Assembly (NCBI GenBank): GCA_964291215.2
Contig: OZ219791.1
Location: forward strand, 3,296,001-3,360,000
Direction: 5' to 3'
DNA length: 64,000 nt
From: Alphaproteobacteria bacterium
GTDB lineage: Bacteria; Pseudomonadota; Alphaproteobacteria; MPNO01; UBA830
This document shows positions 53,409 to 64,000 of this stretch, piece by piece (the stretch's first letter is position 1; each line of letters opens with the position of its first letter). A model generated the notes under the pieces. It had not been told where the DNA came from. It saw only the letters and a list, made by a program, of their open reading frames with translations, and did not search any database. The translations under genes were made by a program, and so were the position numbers.

Positions 53409-54401
53409 TCACAGGCCGAGTTCCCATCGCAAATTCCCCTCGTACATTGCCTCGCGGTCGGCGTCCGTGCAGCGGAGATTCTCGATAACTCCGATAGTCG
53501 AGCGGATGAGGCGTCCGCCGCCTTCCTCGTCATAGGGGCAGTCGGTGGCGAAGAAGGAATGATCGGCGCCAAAGAAATCGAGGCCGGCCTGGCTCGCCGC
53601 CTGGGCGCCGAACATTGCCGTATCCCCGAAATAGTCCCTGAAATACTCCACCAGAGGTTTCTTGAGCACATCCCGGAAAGAGCGGCCCTCGCCCATGTCG
53701 GCGTTGCGGCTTTCCCAGCTCGGCGTGAAGCGGCCTTCGGCATGGGGAACATAGGCGCCCCAGTGATGCGCGATGATCCTGAGGCCAGGGATCTCATCGA
53801 ACATTCCTGAACACGCGATCCGCGCCATTGCTGCACTCGTCTCGTAGGCCCATCCGAATCCCCAGAAGATCTCGTGAAACGAGCGGTCCTCGGTGAGGTA
53901 ATCGGGATGTGTCGCCGGGCGGGTCGGGTGAAGCCAGATCACCTTTCTGCGCTCCGTTATCTTGGCAAAGATGTCTCGGAATTCCGGCTGGTCGAGCGCC
54001 CGGTTGTTCACGTTGGTGAAGAGCTGGAAGCCGACCGCGCCCAGTTCGTCGATCGTGCGGTCGATCTCGGCAAGGGCCGCGTCGGTGTTGTTCATCGGCA
54101 GCGAGGCGATGAACCACGGCATGCGGTCGGCGCGCTCGCGGCAGATGCGGGCCATCCCGTCATTTGCTACGCGGGTGAGGCCGGGGCTGTCATCGGGGCC
54201 GGCGATCGAATCGATTGGAGGCTGGGACATCGAGATGATCTGCTGGTAGTCGTCGAATTCCTCGAGCATCCGCTCGCGCGCGTCCATGTCGTATATCGTC
54301 CGGATCGCCTTCCAGCGTTTGACGGCGGCATCGGGCATCAGGCCCTCGACCTTCTCGAAGAACTCGGGCGGAAAGACGTGGTTGAAGACATCGATTTTCA
54401 T
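53409..54401 (-). CDS. Amidohydrolase_2 family (decarboxylase/hydratase-like)
   Basis: IDVFNH, WLHP, AHHWG, FATDCPY. Confidence 0.88.
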   Translation of the reverse strand: MKIDVFNHVFPPEFFEKVEGLMPDAAVKRWKAIRTIYDMDARERMLEEFDDYQQIISMSQPPIDSIAGPDDSPGLTRVANDGMARICRERADRMPWFIASLPMNNTDAALAEIDRTIDELGAVGFQLFTNVNNRALDQPEFRDIFAKITERRKVIWLHPTRPATHPDYLTEDRSFHEIFWGFGWAYETSAAMARIACSGMFDEIPGLRIIAHHWGAYVPHAEGRFTPSWESRNADMGEGRSFRDVLKKPLVEYFRDYFGDTAMFGAQAASQAGLDFFGADHSFFATDCPYDEEGGGRLIRSTIGVIENLRCTDADREAMYEGNLRWELGL

Positions 54402-54495
54402 CTGGATCGCTCCTTGCCCGGGCGGCGCCCGGCGGGACTGAAGGGTGGGCGATGTTGCCGCGGCGCCGTGCGGCGGCACGGACAGGACGGGAAGC

Positions 54496-55113
54496 CTAGT
54501 ACGGGCCCCAGGCGCGTCCGGTGGCCGGGCGTGCCCCGATCGTGTCATGCCAGCGGCGGACATTGGCGAACTCCTCCAGCCCGATGCCGTTGACACCATG
54601 GAGGTGGACGTCCGGATAGCAGGTGATGTCGGCGATCGAGAAATCGCCTGCGAGATATTCGCTTTCCCCGAGACGGCGGTCGAGCACGCCGAGGAGGTCG
54701 CGTAGCGTCGCCTCGTAATGCCTCTTCGCGGCCGGAACATCCTCGCCGAACCTGAGGAAGAAGAGGCCGTATTGCTGGGCGAGCGTAGTGAAAGTTGCCG
54801 AACCGAAGATGAACCACTGGTCGACCATGATCCTGCGCACCGGATCCCCGGGATAGAGGCCCGGTGCCGCCTTCTCCGCGAGGTACTTCAGGATGGCGCC
54901 CGATTCGCAAAGCGTGACACGCTGGCCGCCCGGCCCGTCGTCATCGACAATGGCGGGAATCTTGTGGGCGGGACTGATCTTCATGAAGTCGGGATCGTGC
55001 TGTTCCCGCTTCGTCAGGTCGATCGGACGGATGGCATATTCCAGTCCGCTTTCCTCAACCATCTGGCGCGCCTTGTAGCCGTTGTCCGTAGTCCAGAAAT
55101 AAAGTGTGAGCAT
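54496..55113 (-). CDS. Glutathione S-transferase (YfcG-like)
   Basis: TDNG.K, KIPAIVD, ESGAIL. Confidence 0.9.
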   Translation of the reverse strand: MLTLYFWTTDNGYKARQMVEESGLEYAIRPIDLTKREQHDPDFMKISPAHKIPAIVDDDGPGGQRVTLCESGAILKYLAEKAAPGLYPGDPVRRIMVDQWFIFGSATFTTLAQQYGLFFLRFGEDVPAAKRHYEATLRDLLGVLDRRLGESEYLAGDFSIADITCYPDVHLHGVNGIGLEEFANVRRWHDTIGARPATGRAWGPY

Positions 55114-55413
55114 TCATTCCTCCCTGTGCCGCCGCAGGTATTCCGTTGCTCCGCTGCTTGGCGGACCGTTCCTGCCGCGGCTGGTAGAGTTTCCCAGAAT
55201 GGGCCGGTTGCGTAAAGGTGCAAAACTCGCACAGCCCGACGTGCCGCGGAGAATCGGCTGCATCCGGTGGTGTCCTGCGGCAAGCCTCGTCGCCGGCGCA
55301 TGGGGGTCGCCGACAGGGTCGTTGTATGCGGAGGAGACGGCTGTTATAGAGCGGCGAGTGCAAATTCGATCCGGCCCGGTCGGCATCGGGCGCGTGAGGT
55401 CCCGGAAAGGCTC

Positions 55414-56049
55414 ATGGATACGGTAGCAGAGAAGATACTGACGTTCTGGTTCAGCACGGTCGACCTCTCCCGGGAGATCGAGCGCCGTCCGGCGTGGTTC
55501 AAGGCCACGCCGGAATTCGACGCGGACCTCGTGCGCAACTTTGCAGCTGTGCACGAGCGGGCGGCGCAGGGGGATTTCGACCAGTTCGTCAGTGACGCTG
55601 CCGAATGCCTGGCGCTGATCATCGCGCTCGACCAGTTTCCGCGCAATCTCTATCGTGGCACGCCGCGTTCCTACGCCACCGATGCCAAGGCGCGGTCGAC
55701 CGCGGTTCTGGCACTCGAGCGCGGCTACGACCGCGGCTTCAGCCATTTTCCGAGGGTTTTCACCTATCTGCCGTTCGAGCACAGCGAGGCGCTGGCGGAT
55801 CAGGAGAGGGCCGTCGATCTGTTCTCCGCGCTGGGCGAGGAGCGTTCAACGGACTCTGCGATCGCCCATCGCGATGCGATCAGGAGGTTCGGGCGATTCC
55901 CCCATCGCAACAGGATCCTCGGGCGCTCCAACACCCCGGAGGAGGACGAGTACCTCAAGGACCCGCCCTTGTGGGGCATGACGGCCGCCGAGGCGGCTGA
56001 ACTCGAGGAGCGCAAGGCGAGAGAATCCGGGAAAAACGCGACGGCCTGA
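55414..56049 (+). CDS. DUF924 family protein
   Basis: LDQFPRN, YLPFEHSE, FGRFPHRN. Confidence 0.92.
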   Translation: MDTVAEKILTFWFSTVDLSREIERRPAWFKATPEFDADLVRNFAAVHERAAQGDFDQFVSDAAECLALIIALDQFPRNLYRGTPRSYATDAKARSTAVLALERGYDRGFSHFPRVFTYLPFEHSEALADQERAVDLFSALGEERSTDSAIAHRDAIRRFGRFPHRNRILGRSNTPEEDEYLKDPPLWGMTAAEAAELEERKARESGKNATA

Positions 56050-56067
56050 ACCCCCGGCCTCGCCGGA

Positions 56068-57591
56068 TCAGTCCAGCAGCGCCCGCAGTCGGGTCTTGAG
56101 GATCTTTCCGTAGTTGTTCTTCGGAAGCTCGGTCAGGAAGCGGTAGGCCCGCGGCCGCTTGAAGCGCGCGATGTGGGCAAGGCAAAGCTCGTCGAGCTCC
56201 GCCTCGCGCACCGGTCTTCCCGGTTTCGGGACGATGAACGCGACCACCCGCTCGCCCCAGTCTGGGTGAGGCTCGCCGACGACGGAGGCTTCGAGTACGC
56301 CGTCGTGGCGCAGCAGCACCTCCTCGACCTCGCGCGGATAGATATTGGATCCGCCCGAGATGATCAGATCCTTGGAACGGTCCTTGAGCGTGAGAAAGCC
56401 GTCGTCGTCGAGCGCTCCCATGTCCCCGGTATGGAGCCAGCCGTCCCTCAACGTGCCGGTGGTGGCGTCCGGGTTGCGGAAATATCCCCGCATTACCACC
56501 TCGCCGCGGACGGTGACCTCACCGATCGTGCCGGTTGCCGCCTCGCCGCCCCGCTCGTCGACGACACGAACCTCGACGCCAGCTTGGGGGCGGCCGACGG
56601 ACGACAGGCGCGCCTCATGACGCGAATGGTCGGCATTCACATGGTCTTCGCGGGACAGCGCGGTGATGGTCATCGGCGCTTCCCCCTGACCGTAGATCTG
56701 GACCAGGCGGGGGCCGAGAACCTTGATCGCCGTGAGCATGTCCTCCCGGTACATGGGCGCGCCGCCATAGACGATGGTCTTCAGGTTCCCGAGATCATGG
56801 CGTTCGATGCCGGGCGATCGAATTAGGCGCGTCAGCATGGTCGGCGCGAGGAAGAAGGTTGCGCCCGGCCAGCAACCGATCAGCGCGAGGCACTCCTCGG
56901 GATCGAACCCGCCGGACTCCGGGATCACCTGACAGGCGCCGCGCGCGACATGCGGCAGCAGGTAGAGGCCTGAGCCGTGACTCATCGGTGCGGCATGTAT
57001 GATGCAGTCGTCGGATCCGATGCTGTCGACATTGGCAAAATACGCCGCCGTCATCGCCCGCAGGTTGCGATGACTCAGCATCGCACCCTTGGGACGTCCA
57101 GTGGTGCCCGATGTGTAGAACAGCCAGGCGAGATCGTCGGCGCCAGCCTCCTCGGGCAGCATCTCCGTCCCCTCGAACAGAGACTGGTAGGACATGCTTG
57201 TGCACAGGATCGAATGCCGAAGGCCGGCCACGTCGTTCCGGATGCTGGCAAGGCCGCCTGCCAGCGTCTCGTCCACGAAGACCGCGGCCGCGCCGGCATT
57301 GTCGAGAATCCACGCGAATTCGCGCCGATGCAGCCGGGCGTTCATTGGCAGCACGGCGCAACCGGCGTGCCAGGCGGCGAACATGATTTCCGAATATTCG
57401 GGGCAGTTGCCCATGGCGAGCGCAACGACATCGCCGCGCCGGAGGCCGAGCGACATCCGCAGTCCCGCCGCGAGATGCGCCGACCGCGTCGCGTGCCTTT
57501 CATAGGAGGCAACGACCCGGTTGCCGGCCGCCAGTGCTGGCGCGCCCGGCCACCGCGCCGCGGAATCTATGAGCAGCCGCGCAAGATTCAT
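56068..57591 (-). CDS. AMP-binding acyl-CoA synthetase
   Basis: YTSGTTGRPKG, YGQGE, TGDMG. Confidence 0.93.
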   Translation of the reverse strand: MNLARLLIDSAARWPGAPALAAGNRVVASYERHATRSAHLAAGLRMSLGLRRGDVVALAMGNCPEYSEIMFAAWHAGCAVLPMNARLHRREFAWILDNAGAAAVFVDETLAGGLASIRNDVAGLRHSILCTSMSYQSLFEGTEMLPEEAGADDLAWLFYTSGTTGRPKGAMLSHRNLRAMTAAYFANVDSIGSDDCIIHAAPMSHGSGLYLLPHVARGACQVIPESGGFDPEECLALIGCWPGATFFLAPTMLTRLIRSPGIERHDLGNLKTIVYGGAPMYREDMLTAIKVLGPRLVQIYGQGEAPMTITALSREDHVNADHSRHEARLSSVGRPQAGVEVRVVDERGGEAATGTIGEVTVRGEVVMRGYFRNPDATTGTLRDGWLHTGDMGALDDDGFLTLKDRSKDLIISGGSNIYPREVEEVLLRHDGVLEASVVGEPHPDWGERVVAFIVPKPGRPVREAELDELCLAHIARFKRPRAYRFLTELPKNNYGKILKTRLRALLD

Positions 57592-57613
57592 GTCCCCGCG
57601 TCCGGAGGAAGGG

Positions 57614-58780
57614 TCAGCGGACGGCTTCGAGTATCGACGTGTAGTTCGCGACCGCGGATCCGCCCATGTTGAACACGGCGGCGATCTCCGCGCCCGGAAT
57701 CTGGAGGGCTTCGGCGTCGCCCCGGGTCTGCATCGCGGCCATCACGTGCATCGAGACTCCGGTGGCGCCGATCGGGTGGCCCTTCGACTTGAGGCCGCCC
57801 GAAGGATTGACCGGCAGGGTGCCATTCTTGACCGCGGCGCCATCGGTGACGACGCGGGCTCCGTCGCCCTTGTCGGCGAGGCCCATGGCCTCGTAGATCA
57901 GCAGTTCGGCGATGGTGAAGCAGTCGTGCACTTCGGCGACATCGAGATCATCGACCGTGACACCGGCCTGTATGTAAGCCTCCTGCCACGCCCGCGCCGG
58001 CCCCTCGAACTGGATGACGTCGCGCTTCGACATCGGCAGGAAGTCGTTGACGTGCACGGCGGCGCGGAACAGGACGGCCTTGTTCATCGCCATCGCGGTC
58101 TGCACGTCGGCGAGCACGACCGCGGCGGCGCCGTCGGTCACCGGCGAGCAGTCCGAGCGCTTCAGCGGCCCGGAGACCACCGGGTTCTTTTCCGAAGGAT
58201 GGCGGCAGAACTCGTAGCCGAGATCCTTCTGGAAATGGGCGAGCGGATTGACCGCGCCGTTGGCATGGTTCTTGGCCGCGATGCGCGCCAGCGCGTCGGA
58301 CTGGTCGCCGAAACGCTGGAAATAGCTTTCGGCGATGCGGGCGAAGATGTCGGCGAAGGATCCGTTCTCACCGCCCTCCTCGCGCACGTAACTGCCCTTG
58401 GTCAGGAGCTCGCCGATGGCCTCGCCGGCAAGTTCGGTCATCTTCTCTACACCGACGCAGAGAACAACGCGGGCCTTTCCGGCAGCGATGGCGTTCAGGC
58501 CCTGGAAGATGGCGGCGCTGCCGGTCGCGCACGCGTTCTCGACGCGGGTAGCGGGCTTGAAACGCAAGTCCGGGTGGGCCTGCAGGACCAGGGACGCTGG
58601 GAAATCCTGCATGACGAAGCCGCCGTTGAAATGACCGATGTAGATCTCGTCGACATCGGCGGGCGGGACGCCGGCGTCGGCAAGCGCACCGGTTGCGACT
58701 TCGGTGATGAGATCCTCGACCTCGACACCCTCGTGCCGACCAAACTTGGTGTGGGCCCAGCCCACGATGTAGCCTGTCAT
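57614..58780 (-). CDS. Thiolase (SCP2-type)
   Basis: ENACATG, EVHDCF, GHPIGATG, NMGG. Confidence 0.92.
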   Translation of the reverse strand: MTGYIVGWAHTKFGRHEGVEVEDLITEVATGALADAGVPPADVDEIYIGHFNGGFVMQDFPASLVLQAHPDLRFKPATRVENACATGSAAIFQGLNAIAAGKARVVLCVGVEKMTELAGEAIGELLTKGSYVREEGGENGSFADIFARIAESYFQRFGDQSDALARIAAKNHANGAVNPLAHFQKDLGYEFCRHPSEKNPVVSGPLKRSDCSPVTDGAAAVVLADVQTAMAMNKAVLFRAAVHVNDFLPMSKRDVIQFEGPARAWQEAYIQAGVTVDDLDVAEVHDCFTIAELLIYEAMGLADKGDGARVVTDGAAVKNGTLPVNPSGGLKSKGHPIGATGVSMHVMAAMQTRGDAEALQIPGAEIAAVFNMGGSAVANYTSILEAVR

Positions 58781-58866
58781 TTCCGCCTCCCGTTGATGCC
58801 CCAATGCGAGTCTCGCACATCAGACCGGCCGGTCAAGTTCCGCGCCGCCGATTCGGGAGGGCCGCG

Positions 58867-60063
58867 TCACCAGTCGAAGGGCAGTCCGGCATATTGCTCG
58901 GCGAGTGTCCCGAGCGCGCGTTCGGAACGGGTGAGGTAGTCGAGCTCGTCCTCGCAGGCGCGCCCGTCAAATGGGTCGTCGTCCGGAAAGCGGTGCAGAA
59001 GGCGGGTCATGTGCCAGGAGAAACGCTCGGCGTTCCAGACCCGCCGCAGGGCGGCGTCCGAATAGGCTTCGAGCCAGCGGTCGTCATTGTCGGCATAGTG
59101 ACCGATGAACGCGCGCGACAGGTAGTGGACGTCGGAGAAGGCCAGGTTGAGACCCTTGGCGCCGGTCGGCGGAACGATGTGGGCGGCGTCCCCGGCGAGA
59201 AACAGGCGGCCGTGCCGCATCGGCTCGGCGACGAAACTCCTCAGCTGCGCAATCGACTTCTCGATCGAGGGCCCGGTCTCGATGGTCTCCGCGATGTCCG
59301 CCGGATAGCGCGCTTTCAGTTCTTCCCAGAAGCGGTCATCCGGCCAATCATCGATGCTGTCGTCGAGGCTGCACTGGATGTAATAGCGGCTGAGCCGTTC
59401 GTTGCGCATCGAGGCGAGCGCGAATCCGCGGTGGTGGCGCGCATAGACGAGATCGGGCAGCGGCGCGGTCTCGGACATGATCCCGAGCCAGCCGAACGGA
59501 TAGGCCTTCTCGAAGACCCTGAGGGTGGTTCCGGGAATGGTCTGGCGGCAAATGCCGTGGAACCCGTCGCATCCGGCGATGAAGTCGCAGTCTATGCGGT
59601 GTTCGCGGCCATCCTTGCGGAATGTGACAAACGGATTTTCTGTGGCGATGTCGCATGGCCGCACGTCTTCGGCTTCGTCGATGATCTCGCCGCCAGCGCT
59701 GTCCCGCGCCTCGTAAAGATCCTCGGTTATCGCGGTCTGGCCGTAGGCGACCATCGGTTTTCCGGTAAATCGCATGGTGTCGATCAGAAGCCTGCGGTCG
59801 CCGCCCCAAACGATGTACGAGCCGTCATGGCGCCGGCCCTCGCGATCCATGCGCTTGCCGAGCCCGATGGAGCGCAGGATGTCCACGGATCCGCTCTCCA
59901 GCACGCCGGCGCGTATGCGTTCGAGCACGTAGGCTCGGCTTCTCCGTTCAAGGACGATGCTAGCGATGCCGGAGAGGTGGAGGATGTGCGAGAGCAAAAG
60001 GCCGGATGGGCCTCCTCCGACGATCGCGACCTGGGTGGGCCGTGCGGCGGGGTTCGCTGCCAT
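58867..60063 (-). CDS. pobA: 4-hydroxybenzoate 3-monooxygenase
   Basis: RIRAGVLE, GCDGFHG, HIVPPTGAKGLNLA. Confidence 0.95.
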   Translation of the reverse strand: MAANPAARPTQVAIVGGGPSGLLLSHILHLSGIASIVLERRSRAYVLERIRAGVLESGSVDILRSIGLGKRMDREGRRHDGSYIVWGGDRRLLIDTMRFTGKPMVAYGQTAITEDLYEARDSAGGEIIDEAEDVRPCDIATENPFVTFRKDGREHRIDCDFIAGCDGFHGICRQTIPGTTLRVFEKAYPFGWLGIMSETAPLPDLVYARHHRGFALASMRNERLSRYYIQCSLDDSIDDWPDDRFWEELKARYPADIAETIETGPSIEKSIAQLRSFVAEPMRHGRLFLAGDAAHIVPPTGAKGLNLAFSDVHYLSRAFIGHYADNDDRWLEAYSDAALRRVWNAERFSWHMTRLLHRFPDDDPFDGRACEDELDYLTRSERALGTLAEQYAGLPFDW

Positions 60064-60185
60064 CCGTCAACCGGTCCCGTCCGGCACCATCTGTCCGATG
60101 CCGATTCCGGCAGGGATCCGTCCGGGTGAGAGTTTCGTATGGCACAGTTGCAGGCTCAGTTCCATTTGTTCATCTCACAGTGGCG

Positions 60186-60613
60186 GGGTGTGATTTGGGT
60201 TGATGTTGTTGTTGGCTGGTGCGTCGTCTGCACCGAATCATGGCCGTCCACGCGCTCTCGAAGCGGCCGGATCAGGGCGCGGAAGGTGATTGTCCGCTGA
60301 CGATGCGCCAGCGCATGCCGGAGCGTTTCATGCGCTGTGTGACGAGGGTCTTGTTTGCCGCCTCGACAATTCCCGAGCCGGTTGCTTCAGCGCGTGGTAG
60401 CGGTGGCGATGCTTGCGGAAGAAGGACAGTTCCCTGTCGGCCCGTTGGCGCCGCGGTGTCGCGAAGGTGGCCCCGGATCACCCTGTCGATGCCGCGGGGG
60501 TCGTGACAAAATCCTGTCCTGAAACGGGCGATTGTCACGAAAACCCGTTTTCGCCGCTGCCTCGCGACCATGTTAAATCAATGACTTGGATTCGCCATAC
60601 GAGAACTGCACCC
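60186..60613 (-). mobile_element. Internally deleted ISKra4/ISLre2-like element
   Basis: GSGIVEAANKTLVTQRMKRSGMRW; GGGTG termini. Confidence 0.75.
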
Positions 60614-60888
60614 ATCCGTCCCGGCGCTTCCTACCGTGCGCCCGCAGCGTTCCAGGTGGCGAGAAACCGTTCGCGGATCCCGTCGCGGCGACGAGCGCAG
60701 TACCGCGTCAGCCAGCCGCAGGCCCTCATGAGCTGTCCTCGTCTGCCGCGAGTGCCCGACGACACTCCTTCCTCGCAAGCGACATTGCGGGTCGGTCGAC
60801 GCGATAGCGGTGCCGCGCCTGCCCGTCGCAGAAAACTCCGGTGTCTCCGGCGGCACGACCCTTTCTGACCTGTCGCGCCGTTCGTCGA

Positions 60889-61713
60889 TCACTTCGCCAC
60901 CGCGGGTTCGATGTTCAGCATGTCCGCGACTTCCGGCCAACTCCGCGCGCCGTTGGTCCTGAGATCGTCTGTCAGGTCCTCGGGCATCCAGCGCCAGATC
61001 GCGGCCTCGAAGGTCGGGCGTGCCTTGATGCCGGCCAGCCATCGGGTGACGCCGGGCAGGCGGCCGCCTTCCCACATCCCCTGCATGGACATCATGTCGA
61101 GCCGCATCACATAAGGCGTCATCGCGATGTCGGCAAAGCTGAAATTGTCACCCGCAAGCCACGTGTTGTCCTCGAGAGCATCTTCCATTTTCTTCAGGTA
61201 GCGGTCGTAGAGCTCGACCTGCTGGCGCGCGCCCGGAGCCTCGAAGCCCAGGCGCACCAGTTCCTTCTTGCGTTCATGCCAGTTTGCACTGACCGAGAAC
61301 GGCGGTGTCGAATCGAGGAATTCCCGGAGTCCCTTTTCGCCAAGCCCCCTGATGGTGTGACGGTGCGAGGCCATGAAGGTCAACGCCCCACAAGCCGGAT
61401 GAAGGTCCTCGTCGACGGCCTTGGTCCAGTACCGCACCTCTGCGCGCTGCACCGGATCCTCGGGGCGGATCCGGTTTTCCGCAAAGACATCATCGAGATA
61501 TTCGCAGATATTCGTCGACTCTCGGATGATCGCGCGGTCGTGAACGAGGGTCGGAACGACGGCCTTGGGATTGATCTTGGTGTATTCGGGCTTGAACTGG
61601 TCGCCCTTGAGGATGTCGATATAGTGCCCCGTCCAGGACAGCCCCTTTTCCTCGAGAAAGAAGCGGACCTTTGCCGCGCACACGGACGATCCGTGATGAT
61701 AGAGTTCAAGCAT
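60889..61713 (-). CDS. Glutathione S-transferase family protein
   Basis: SVCAAKVR, INPKAVVPTL, ESTNICEYLD. Confidence 0.9.
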   Translation of the reverse strand: MLELYHHGSSVCAAKVRFFLEEKGLSWTGHYIDILKGDQFKPEYTKINPKAVVPTLVHDRAIIRESTNICEYLDDVFAENRIRPEDPVQRAEVRYWTKAVDEDLHPACGALTFMASHRHTIRGLGEKGLREFLDSTPPFSVSANWHERKKELVRLGFEAPGARQQVELYDRYLKKMEDALEDNTWLAGDNFSFADIAMTPYVMRLDMMSMQGMWEGGRLPGVTRWLAGIKARPTFEAAIWRWMPEDLTDDLRTNGARSWPEVADMLNIEPAVAK

Positions 61714-61871
61714 GCTGGGCTCTCCCCGATTTTTGATCAATTCTCCCGCCTGCGATCCCCGAAGCGGGAAGCGGCAATGTTCCCGCCAGGTTCGCGGAAA
61801 TCAAGTCAGGCTCCGGCGAGCGGCTTCCGGCGGCTCCGCGCCGTGGGCAGCGCGCTGTCCGTTCTGCCGGG

Positions 61872-62405
61872 TCAATCGACGGCATGGGCGCTGACGAGGA
61901 TCGCGGCCAGGAGGCATGGTTCGTCGGTGCGGACGCTCCAGGAGTGATTGGTGCCCCGCTGGACCATGACGTCGCCCTGTCTGAGGCACACCTCGCCGGT
62001 CTCGAGAATCGCCCAGATCTCTCCCTTGAGAACGATGAGGTAGTCCACCGTCGAGGTCTTGTGCATCATCGCATCGCTGCTTGTCATGTCCGCTGCATGC
62101 CTGGCGCCGATGGATTCGAATGCGTCACGCGCGTCGGCGCGGTTGCGCCAGGCCTTGTCGGGAGGGAACTCGACGATGCGGAAAACGGTGCCGCCCGGCG
62201 GCGGTTCGAGTACGACCGGGCGGTCGGCGGCGTCCTCCTGTCCTGAATTGTCGGCCGGCACGCCGACGGTCTGCCACAGGTCGGTGAGCGCGAGCCCCGG
62301 CATGGACTCCATTTCCTTGACCGCCGTCGCGTGCCCGTCGATGACAAACACCGATCTTCCGTCCTCGTCGTGCGCTGTGACCACGCGGCGGATCTTCTCG
62401 ACCAT
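61872..62405 (-). CDS. Cupin domain protein
   Basis: RRVVT.H, MHKTSTVDY, QRGTNHSW. Confidence 0.9.
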   Translation of the reverse strand: MVEKIRRVVTAHDEDGRSVFVIDGHATAVKEMESMPGLALTDLWQTVGVPADNSGQEDAADRPVVLEPPPGGTVFRIVEFPPDKAWRNRADARDAFESIGARHAADMTSSDAMMHKTSTVDYLIVLKGEIWAILETGEVCLRQGDVMVQRGTNHSWSVRTDEPCLLAAILVSAHAVD

Positions 62406-62408
62406 CGT

Positions 62409-63383
62409 TCAGTTCTCCCTGACGACCCTGTTGCGAAGGATTCCGATCCCCTCGACTTCGAGTTCTATCACGTCGCCGTCCGACAAGTAACGTTCAAGCT
62501 CCAGCCCGCACCCGCCGCCGACGGTGCCCGAACCGAAGAACTCCCCCGGATGAAGGGTCTCGGAGCGTGATATCCGGGCGATCAGGTCCTCGAACTTCCA
62601 GTGCATGCTGCCGGAATGTCCGCGCGACCATTCCTCGCCGTTGACGCGCGCGACCATCGAGCAGTCATAGGGCTCGATCTCGTCAGCGGTAACGATACAG
62701 GGGCCGATCACGTTCCCGGTGTCAAAATCCTTGCCCTTCGCGGGTCCGAGACCGCCCGGCATTTCGAGCGCCTGCGCGTCGCGTGCAGAGATGTCGTTGA
62801 AGATGGCGTAGCCGAATATGTGTCGGCGCGCATCGCGGCGGCTGATGTCACTTCCTCCGGTGCCCAAAAAGAACCCGAATTCGAGCTCGTAGTCGAGTAC
62901 GTCGGCATAGGCGGGCCACACTATGTCCTCGTCGTGCCCGATGACAGAGAAGCGGTTGGCCTTGTAGTAGATCGGCTGCCGGTACCAGACATCGGGAACC
63001 TGGAAAAGGCCGTTTGTTTCGATTTCGCGGAGTGCGGCCTCGGGATCGGGCCGGGACGCGGCATAGTTCTTCCGCAGTACGCCATAGGCTTGTTTCAGGT
63101 GTTCCTCGAAACACAGGCAGTCGCGGATCTGGGGCGGTTCCGGCACCGGCGTCCGCAAGGTTATGCGGTCCGCGGGGATCACGGATCGGGCTGGCGGGTC
63201 GACGGATGCGAGACGGGCGGCCTCAAGCGCTTCGCCACCGGCGCGGATCAGGGCAAGCATCGACGAGAAGGCGGAACCGCCCGGGGACCGGCTCAGATCC
63301 ACCACTGCGATGTCGTTTTCGATGAGGGCGCCGACCCGGTCTTTGCCGTCGCCGCCATCCCGGCGGAAGGTCACGAGTTTCAT
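62409..63383 (-). CDS. Fumarylacetoacetate hydrolase family protein
   Basis: DYELE, NDISARD, KGKDF, GSGT. Confidence 0.92.
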   Translation of the reverse strand: MKLVTFRRDGGDGKDRVGALIENDIAVVDLSRSPGGSAFSSMLALIRAGGEALEAARLASVDPPARSVIPADRITLRTPVPEPPQIRDCLCFEEHLKQAYGVLRKNYAASRPDPEAALREIETNGLFQVPDVWYRQPIYYKANRFSVIGHDEDIVWPAYADVLDYELEFGFFLGTGGSDISRRDARRHIFGYAIFNDISARDAQALEMPGGLGPAKGKDFDTGNVIGPCIVTADEIEPYDCSMVARVNGEEWSRGHSGSMHWKFEDLIARISRSETLHPGEFFGSGTVGGGCGLELERYLSDGDVIELEVEGIGILRNRVVREN

Positions 63384-63739
63384 CGCGTTATTGGTATTCC
63401 CGGCGGAGCCGTGTTCCCTTCGGACCGCGCAAGTGGATCCAGACCGCACGGCGGTTGTTCCTCATCATGGCATGATTGCCTCCTGCCGCAACAGTAGTGC
63501 TCGGTGTCGGCGAATCGACGGCAAAGCGCGTTCGGCTGCGGGCTTGAATGGCGAGCTGGCGGGCGTTGGCGAAATGGGAACCGGGGTTTGGCGGTTGACT
63601 GCGGCAAACGCGGTCACGCCGGTCGCCAGGGTGCGACGCTGCGCAGCGCGGCAGAACTCGAACGAACGCTTACCTTCGGCCTAAGGGTGGACCACTTTGA
63701 CAGGAGAGGATCAGTGCGCAGCAATGCACATTCCTACCG

Positions 63740-64000
63740 CGACGACGGCGCTGCGCGATGTCTTCCCCGACATACGCGAGCAGAGATGCTGGGTTCACAA
63801 GACATCGAACGTCCTGGGCGCCATGCCCAAATCCATGCACGAACAGGCCAAGGCTGATCTGCAGGGCATCTGGATGGCCGAGACCAGGAAGGAGGCCAAT
63901 ACCGTCTTCGATCCCTTCGTCGAAACCTACGGCGTGAAATACGAGAAGGCCGTGGCCAAGCTGGTCAAAGACCGCGACGAATTGCTGGCCTTCTACGACT
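63740..64000 (+). pseudogene. IS256-family transposase fragment, runs off window
   Basis: QRCWVHKTSNVL, LLAFYD. Confidence 0.8.

Noticed and set aside
60889-61713. GST as LigF-type beta-etherase
   Set aside because: Resemblance is only family-level; cannot be assigned without phylogeny.
1-64000. CRISPR array or cas genes
   Set aside because: No regularly spaced short direct repeats or Cas motifs seen; repeats are dispersed IS copies.

Overview
GC-rich alphaproteobacterial chromosome segment. Two blocks of intact host genes are present: 3.6-18.5 kb (thrH, ispG, nfu, djlA, cutA, metY, rplM-rpsI, argC, infA-maf-rng-yacG) and 49.5-63.4 kb (tRNA-Phe, a CoxL-like subunit, amidase, GSTs, pobA, FAH). 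They flank a ~31 kb mobile-element graveyard lying between yacG and tRNA-Phe. Smaller mobile-element clusters sit at both window ends. The most striking signal is that IS66, ISAs1, IS256, IS630, ISNCY, IS110, IS1634 and group II intron copies are eroded by dense deletions almost all 5-8 nt long (mode 6), often at 1-5 nt microhomologies. IS termini, MITEs and neighbouring host, toxin-antitoxin and conjugation genes are largely spared. This may be an undescribed MGE-inactivating process, or an assembly artefact that needs read-level exclusion. Other highlights: an IS110 whose bridge RNA guides match its own donor junction and an ISAs1 target; an intact IS1595 carrying a Panacea antitoxin plus a membrane partner; DUF4338-ISAs1 fusions; IS66 carrying a DNA adenine methylase relic; a CTAG insertion hotspot inside IS66; and a T4CP-relaxase cassette with a degenerate helicase between inverted MITEs. 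All alignments were done by eye and no database searches were run.
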